From Candidatus Thorarchaeota archaeon (GTDB lineage: Archaea; Asgardarchaeota; Thorarchaeia; Thorarchaeales; Thorarchaeaceae), in the NCBI GenBank assembly GCA_003345595.1, contig PRDI01000115.1:1-30979 (forward strand): a stretch of DNA of 30,979 nucleotides. Direction: 5' to 3'. The notes beneath the pieces are model-generated. The model was given only the letters and a program-made list of their open reading frames with translations. It had not been told where the DNA came from and ran no database searches. Position 1 is the first letter of the stretch. Every line of letters begins with the position of its first letter. Both the position numbers and the translations under genes were made by a program. Positions 26,501-30,979 of the stretch are shown one piece after another.

Positions 26501-28153
26501 GAGTTCAGCACTTCAGTCGTCACAACGTGCGACGGCATGACTTCTCGGATTGGAGCTGTCGTCGACGCCACCAACGAATATCTCACCAAAGGAATGACTG
26601 GCATGAGGACGACAATCGAAACCTTCGCGACAGAGCAGAAGGATGCAGAGCAAGGTATGGTTGCTGACGTAGGCAAGAAGCTCGAAACTCTTGCAAACAA
26701 GATGACGAAGGACCTCTCACAGGAATCTGAGTCGTATCGTGAAACCGTAATAGCCAAAGAGGAGGAGGCAATCAGTGCCCGTGCTGCGGTGGAGGCGGAA
26801 CTCGCATCGGTGCTTGATTCGCGTAGGGGTGAGGCTGAGCGCGCATTAGTCACAGCCTCGACGTGGATGGAATCGACGGTTAACAGTGTGTTGTCGACAC
26901 TTGCAGTTCTCGGTGAGAAGGTCAAGAACGAAGTTGCGGCTGTCCAGCAAGGCTTGGCCACTGCAGCCGACGATGCTGAAACCGGAATTGTTCAAAAGAC
27001 GACGACGAACATTGACAAGTTCGAAGAGGCGGCCACAGCCCTGATTCGAAAGGTGGAGCGCAGTTTCAGGGATAAGGCGTCTGGCTTCCAAGCTGGGTGC
27101 GATGTAGCAGTCGCAAAAGGCATCAAGTCTGTGTCCAGTCTGCCCAATTCGCTTTCTAAGAAGGTTCGAGCTACAATGGACCAAGGCGAAGCTGGCATGG
27201 GGTATGCTAGTTCGGGTGTCCTGGATAGCTTGTCTGACGACGTTTCTGCATATGAAGGTGCATCAAAGGCTGCGGTCGAGGAACTGAGTTCGGAAGTAGT
27301 CCGTTTCAAGGAACAGCTGATTGGAGTGAGAGACTCATTGCTGGAGCGCATAATGGCAAGTGCTGCGGCCACAAGTCGACAAGCGTCAGAGAAGCCCGAG
27401 TCGACAATGACTGAAGCAAAGACCCTACTGAGTGGCAGCCTACAGGTGCTTACAGGGATGATAGCGAGTGACGCTGCTGACAGAGACGCTGCAGTGTCTG
27501 AGTGGTCCGGTCAGCTTATTGGCCAGGCAGAAGCGGCAGTTTCAGGGGCGAAGAAGGCGCGTAACGACTCGATAGCGAGGTTTGTTTCAGAAGCTGACGA
27601 GAGCCTTCAACGCTGGTCGACAGATCAGAGGAGACGAGGCACCGAACTTGCGAACAAAGTCGAAGAAACGTTGACTCAGGCGGAATCCACCGTTGTTGCT
27701 TCGGCAGACTCCTTGGAGGCAGTCAAGGTAGCTAGTCAAGAGATGGAGAAGGTTTCGACTGGCAAGACATGGTATCTGACTGGGGAAGAAGAAACGCGCG
27801 CCCACATATTGGATATGACCCAGAGGGCAAAAGAGTCTATACTCATCTCTACTGTCAGTTCGTCCATCTTGGACATCAAGAACCTAGCCAAGGTTTCTGA
27901 CTCCGTCAGGAGAGTGCTGATCCTGCCTGAAACGGAGGAACCTGAGTCAGTGCTTCAGGAGCTTGAAGGCTGGCGTATATGGAGTGTCACGACTCCAATG
28001 CTCTTGGCAGTCATGGATGACAAAGAAGTTCTGATTGGGGGCGCGGCCGAAACGGGTCCGTCATTGGTGCTGGTGTCAAATGACGAGGCATACCTGCAAC
28101 TGTACCATGACATACTCGGGCCCCGTTTGACAAACCAGCGCAAGAGATCATAA
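23519..28153 (+). CDS. Giant TrmB-like protein: N-terminal wHTH, ~1300-aa helical rod, C-terminal TrmB effector/PLD-like domain
   Basis: N-term LGIGEVDAKALTAVL.GGNMTAGAVS...ALENLHGKGLV...YRGVSP is a TrmB-like HTH. C-term TWYLTGEEETRAHILDMTQRAKESILIS...DDKEVLIG is TrmB-C-like. The middle is amphipathic helical repeats. Confidence 0.75.
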   Translation: MLAALNAKMGEHALSKKGQNETITKALEKSLGIGEVDAKALTAVLMGGNMTAGAVSILAGENLHDVEAALENLHGKGLVVRMDSVVPVYRGVSPAISAVESLAATAHKIRPLIDLSQSTHKVYDESLTTAMEGLQSSRKGLVSELGIALDNYESTVLEGMRTSCGSMIESVRQVFITFSQDVSTSFAETLESVDGGFVAGCSNLRIELEAVQKQLQTELDDISREFGQSIAAQSSSSLESMTDFGKKTKALAQKTKSATKDAIASAVQGFHDAAAEAAAQVDAASSGVADQTVAALTAVSQETDQLLEQFNSELDKARDDAQNYLAALVAQARELSGDVAGTARGKVEEAQAVIGSVVPDVDSWGKETGDFMNSAAQTVVAQLDQVSSTNAGYLDGMKSSIAAYLDRAGSTLGGSYSSVKNLSSECQAAMEKHVGDSNASLLKIMQALSSTNEERIRITSESLLSGLDKWIGDIGRNIEKKMTQAGKDVTIGLDAETKTFSSMTADIASRLSTALGTVVSDTAGKNKSLMTKARKIAREFETDVATGLSETLSQLASSAGSQTVEAKELYDSMNSLLDSHMTQSLSTLSSYSDKVQKQIDSTIDEQMARLESHAQGIREDFHAHIGEMTKEFLTAAQSMQAAFNGMLSSKSLETRDSLSSAQTEFKNAIKTEMAELQEGSVKIQQEYASGIAARVEEVTASHQAMKQSLEDITTKRQSDFSEGLADTLSAIEAVIADVEGRLKEIQSDTGASSSTSKAKSLLTKAKKLAREFEADVATRLSQTASQFASAAGSQAKQAKALYESLNSLLDSHLTQSVSTLSSYADRLQKQIDGTVDEEMARIETNALGIREDFHFHVEEITKQFLTMAENVESAFNGLLSGQSLETRDSLSSAQTEFKSAIRSELASLQEGSVKIQKEYASGLTAKVEQITASHQEMKKSLKDMAAERQSDLSQKLTGIVGAFEGVVADVDARLGDIQSVTIPQVSQELANASNEFSTSVVTTCDGMTSRIGAVVDATNEYLTKGMTGMRTTIETFATEQKDAEQGMVADVGKKLETLANKMTKDLSQESESYRETVIAKEEEAISARAAVEAELASVLDSRRGEAERALVTASTWMESTVNSVLSTLAVLGEKVKNEVAAVQQGLATAADDAETGIVQKTTTNIDKFEEAATALIRKVERSFRDKASGFQAGCDVAVAKGIKSVSSLPNSLSKKVRATMDQGEAGMGYASSGVLDSLSDDVSAYEGASKAAVEELSSEVVRFKEQLIGVRDSLLERIMASAAATSRQASEKPESTMTEAKTLLSGSLQVLTGMIASDAADRDAAVSEWSGQLIGQAEAAVSGAKKARNDSIARFVSEADESLQRWSTDQRRRGTELANKVEETLTQAESTVVASADSLEAVKVASQEMEKVSTGKTWYLTGEEETRAHILDMTQRAKESILISTVSSSILDIKNLAKVSDSVRRVLILPETEEPESVLQELEGWRIWSVTTPMLLAVMDDKEVLIGGAAETGPSLVLVSNDEAYLQLYHDILGPRLTNQRKRS
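25091..26455 (+). repeat. Intragenic tandem duplication, period 696 bp (232 aa): 25091-25759 and 25787-26455
   Basis: KNKSLMTKARKIAREFETDVAT...SLETRDSLSSAQTEFK...IQS versus KAKSLLTKAKKLAREFEADVAT...SLETRDSLSSAQTEFK...IQS; same offset at both ends. Confidence 0.92.
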
Positions 28154-28615
28154 AACCAGCGTATAGATGATGGCGTCTTCGTCTCCGTAGTATCCCGGCC
28201 GCCTTCCTGCGGGGGTCATTCCAAGACTTTCGTATAGGAGTCGTGCGGCTGTATTGCTCTCCCGGGCTTCAAGACTGCAGATTCTCAGGCCACTTCTTCT
28301 CATGGCATCAACGGTATAGGCCATCAACAAGCGACCTTGGCCTCTCCTCCTGCAATCTCTTCTGATAGCGATGTTGAGGACTGTGCCAACGGGTCCTTTT
28401 CCTGCCTGCTGCCATACGACATAACCTGTGACTTTTCCGTCTTCTTCTACCACGCGCATGACCACACTCTCTCCTGAGGGAGTTTTGACTGTCCCACCAT
28501 GTGAAGCCAAGTCTTCGAATATCGCGCGATCCCACGGGTCCGGGAAGCTAGTCTGCTCTATCTCTGAAACCATAGCCACATCTTCCAGTTTCACAGGTCT
28601 GATTGTGCGTACCAT
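28148..28615 (-). CDS. GNAT N-acetyltransferase, RimI/Ard1-like
   Basis: IEQTSFPDPW, LNIAI...RRRGQGRLL, RESNTAARLLYESLG and YYGDEDA. Confidence 0.9.
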   Translation of the reverse strand: MVRTIRPVKLEDVAMVSEIEQTSFPDPWDRAIFEDLASHGGTVKTPSGESVVMRVVEEDGKVTGYVVWQQAGKGPVGTVLNIAIRRDCRRRGQGRLLMAYTVDAMRRSGLRICSLEARESNTAARLLYESLGMTPAGRRPGYYGDEDAIIYTLVL

Positions 28616-28659
28616 CAGATCACTTCGTAGTTTCGGTCGGCGTCAGTTTCTCGACAAAT

Positions 28660-29058
28660 CTATTGTTTTGATACGATATCTACGGAGCTGCCGCATCTTG
28701 GACAGAAGGACGCTTTCTCTGGCAATGGCGCGCCGCACATGGAGCACCGGCCCACCATTGGCACATACAGCCGCTCGGCAGCTGGAGGGACTGATGTTTC
28801 CCAATCGGCCATTCTGCGGGAAGTCACTACTGTCAGGAGCAGTGTCATCAAGAACAGGAACAAGAAGGCAAGCCCAATAGTCCATAGAGGGCTCATGTTG
28901 CCGAAGAAGAAGAATGGGAATATAAAAATGAAGCCGCCTCCGAGATTGGCATCAGATAAGGCCAGCAGCAGGAAACCGGCCGCGATTGCTGCGAACCCAA
29001 TCAGGACGAGCGCCAAAGGTCCTCTCAAAGGTTTCACCAGATCAGGACTTCCACACAA
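28660..29058 (-). CDS. Membrane protein with C-terminal zinc ribbon
   Basis: Hydrophobic segments including GGFIFIFPFFFFG, then CSMCGAPLPEKASFCPRCG. Confidence 0.78.
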   Translation of the reverse strand: MCGSPDLVKPLRGPLALVLIGFAAIAAGFLLLALSDANLGGGFIFIFPFFFFGNMSPLWTIGLAFLFLFLMTLLLTVVTSRRMADWETSVPPAAERLYVPMVGRCSMCGAPLPEKASFCPRCGSSVDIVSKQ

Positions 29059-29142
29059 ACCGTTGTTGTCCGCACTGATTCATGAATTTGTTAACCCCTC
29101 AAAGCAAATGGGAAGTTCGCCATCAGGTCTAGTGCAGGTCAA

Positions 29143-29490
29143 TCAGAGCATGCCTTGCTGTTTGAGCTGCTCTACAATCCTGTTGTACTTAGTGTCATCG
29201 CCAATCATGGAGTTGACTGCCGCTTCTTGCGAATGGGAGCCAGGAATGACGCTAACCTGAACCTTGGAGTCGGGGTACGATTCCTCCAGTCGGTGCCGTA
29301 TCAGGATGCCGATGAGTCCACCCATAGGGCAGTGCGGCGATGTCGGCTTGAACCTGACCTTGATGGTACCGTCCTTCACTTCGATGTACTCCGTCTTTAT
29401 TATGCCCATCCTTGGATCAGTTATGCTGACTGGATAGTCTGGATCCATCACTGGTTTCAGAGTCTCGAAGACTTCAGCAGGCGTTGTCAT
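29143..29490 (-). CDS. DUF59 / MIP18 (CIA2/FAM96-like) Fe-S assembly protein
   Basis: DPDYPVSI, PTSPHCPMGGLIG and PGSHSQEAAVN. Confidence 0.88.
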   Translation of the reverse strand: MTTPAEVFETLKPVMDPDYPVSITDPRMGIIKTEYIEVKDGTIKVRFKPTSPHCPMGGLIGILIRHRLEESYPDSKVQVSVIPGSHSQEAAVNSMIGDDTKYNRIVEQLKQQGML

Positions 29491-29714
29491 ACGTTTTCCG
29501 AGTAGCGCCGCCTCTTGAGAACTTAATAACCTATGTCTATGCTCAACACGACGGCCTTTCTGAGGAAGTCCTTCAGTCTGGTCCCAATGCCACTACCTAG
29601 TATCCGCAACTCTCTGGGCGTCAAGGCGGGTCATAAGGTATATCAATGGATAGGAGGTTGGTAGTGACAGCCTAGCTGCTTTGCCACCCTGACCGCAGCG
29701 ATATTTCAGGGAGA

Positions 29715-30203
29715 ATGAGGACAGGAATCATGTCACCACAGAGCTCCACACGCAGAGGAGAGCGAGAGAGTAGGTCGCGGTACCTCTTCAAGATCACAGT
29801 ACTTGGTCCTGAGGACACTCTGCTTGAGGAGGTTCTGCAGGTGTTCAGCAAGCGTGTTGTAACCGTTGACGGCATCAGCATAAGCGCAGCAGACCGCGCA
29901 ACAGATGGTTCTGATGTCAAAGCTCTAATCATGTCACCAAAACATGATGCGCTTGATATAATGCTCTCTCTGACATACAAAGGTGCCAATGCCGCTATTA
30001 TCGTCCTCCGTGAGGCTGACCCCGAGGTGGAAAAGCACTACCGGAATGAGGTTAGGGTGAAGGCTGGCGGACTGCCGACAAGGGTGTTCTCGGTCGGTTC
30101 GGACTTCAACGAAACAAAGAGATGTGAGATTCTAAGGACTCTGGACAGCCTTCTTGAGGAGATACTGGCATCAAGACAGACCACGCGTCCTGTGGAAAGC
30201 TGA
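29715..30203 (+). CDS. Degenerate Rab/Ras-like small-GTPase-fold protein
   Basis: YLFKITVLG, VKALI and TYKGANAAIIV align by eye with the Rab beta1, beta3 and YYRGA elements; G1, G3 and G4 motifs are absent. Confidence 0.6.
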   Translation: MRTGIMSPQSSTRRGERESRSRYLFKITVLGPEDTLLEEVLQVFSKRVVTVDGISISAADRATDGSDVKALIMSPKHDALDIMLSLTYKGANAAIIVLREADPEVEKHYRNEVRVKAGGLPTRVFSVGSDFNETKRCEILRTLDSLLEEILASRQTTRPVES

Positions 30204-30253
30204 GCGCCGCGTATTGCAAAGCTATATCTCGAACTCATGTAATGTAGTCATCG

Positions 30254-30979
30254 GTGTCACAATTGAGCTCTGACAGAGACGAATCGTACTGGCTCGGCGT
30301 GCGAGACGCACTCCGAATGATCGACTCTTTTGTAGCTTGGTCACGTAGAAACCCTGCGCGAGCCAAGAAGCTGGATGACTTTGTGGATGATGCATTGATT
30401 GCTGTAGGTAAGCGATGCAAGTCTTGTCTCAGTCAGGCACTAGGAATAAGCTTCGCCGGGTCCGATGCAGAAGAGGGCAGTCCATTCGACATTCACGAAC
30501 CCGCGCCCGAAACGATAGAGAAGCCTGCTCACGGCGGCGTACAGCAGCCGGTCCCCGATGTGCCTTCGCCATGGGCTCCAACGTACTCTCATGAGCCAGT
30601 TTCCCCTGTAACGCCTACTGAGTTAGAAGAGGCTCCCAGTGAGGCCCTTGGAGAGATGCGGGACCTGACCGAGGAAACTCCGTTGGACCTGCCTGACCGC
30701 GGTGATGAGTCTGCGCGCATTGAAGCTGACATGATACGCCGAGCCGAAGAGGAAGCTCGTGCTCCGTCTGAAACTGGTGACTCATCTTATCCAGAAGCAC
30801 CGGACATCTCCTCAATGGGTATTCCTCCTTCTGTTGAGCCCAAACATGTTGAAGAAAGGCGTGAGGAAGGACCCAGAGACTTCATCTCTGACTTTGAGCT
30901 CATAGAACCGACCCCACTGATTGTGGAATCGGCCAAACCGGAAGAAGAAACTCCTCCAGCGCCTCCTCCAGAGATAGTT
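30254..30979 (+). CDS. Hypothetical protein, 3'-truncated by window end; CxxC helical N-domain plus Pro/Glu-rich disordered region
   Basis: Open from GTG 30254 to the end: SQLSSDRDESYWLGVRDALRMIDSF...KRCKSCLSQALG...EEETPPAPPPEIV. Absent from the ORF track because there is no stop. Confidence 0.75.
   Translation, partial: MSQLSSDRDESYWLGVRDALRMIDSFVAWSRRNPARAKKLDDFVDDALIAVGKRCKSCLSQALGISFAGSDAEEGSPFDIHEPAPETIEKPAHGGVQQPVPDVPSPWAPTYSHEPVSPVTPTELEEAPSEALGEMRDLTEETPLDLPDRGDESARIEADMIRRAEEEARAPSETGDSSYPEAPDISSMGIPPSVEPKHVEERREEGPRDFISDFELIEPTPLIVESAKPEEETPPAPPPEIV

Noticed and set aside
23519-28153. SMC/Rad50 or methyl-accepting chemotaxis protein
   Set aside because: No Walker A/B, signature or hinge motif, and no MCP hairpin signature or TM segments.
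1-30979. Numerous 60-175 aa ORFs overlapping the called genes; tRNA, rRNA, CRISPR and IS elements
   Set aside because: The overlapping ORFs are antisense or off-frame shadows without motifs. I saw no cloverleaf, rRNA-like tract, repeat-spacer array or transposase by eye.

Overview
Gene-dense archaeal chromosomal window, most consistent with an Asgard archaeon, probably Thorarchaeia. This is inferred from gene content: archaeal psmA, DTD2-type deacylase, isopentenyl phosphate kinase, a Rab-like pseudo-GTPase, a CIA2/FAM96-like protein and a eukaryote-type SECIS. I see about 30 CDS and no rRNA, tRNA, CRISPR array or mobile element. The headline is a hidden candidate selenoprotein that the ORF track truncates. 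It runs 19194->18388 on the minus strand (268 aa) with an in-frame UGA in a C-S-S-U (CxxU) motif, and a eukaryote-like SECIS hairpin (AUGA-N11-AAA...GA, kink-turn core) overlaps its own stop codon. Its body resembles a beta-sandwich rather than any selenoprotein family I recognise. The second highlight is a TusA-DsrE-IscS-IscU operon in which IscS lacks the PLP Schiff-base lysine (SSND, Archaeoglobus type), IscU is fused to a degenerate thioredoxin-reductase NADPH domain, and a 76-nt hairpin follows. Other oddities are a P-loop-less Rab-like protein, a half-degenerate tandem beta-carbonic anhydrase, a prenol kinase + IPK pair, and a 1544-aa TrmB-like protein with a 232-aa-period internal duplication. 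All family calls come from motif recognition by eye, with no database searches.
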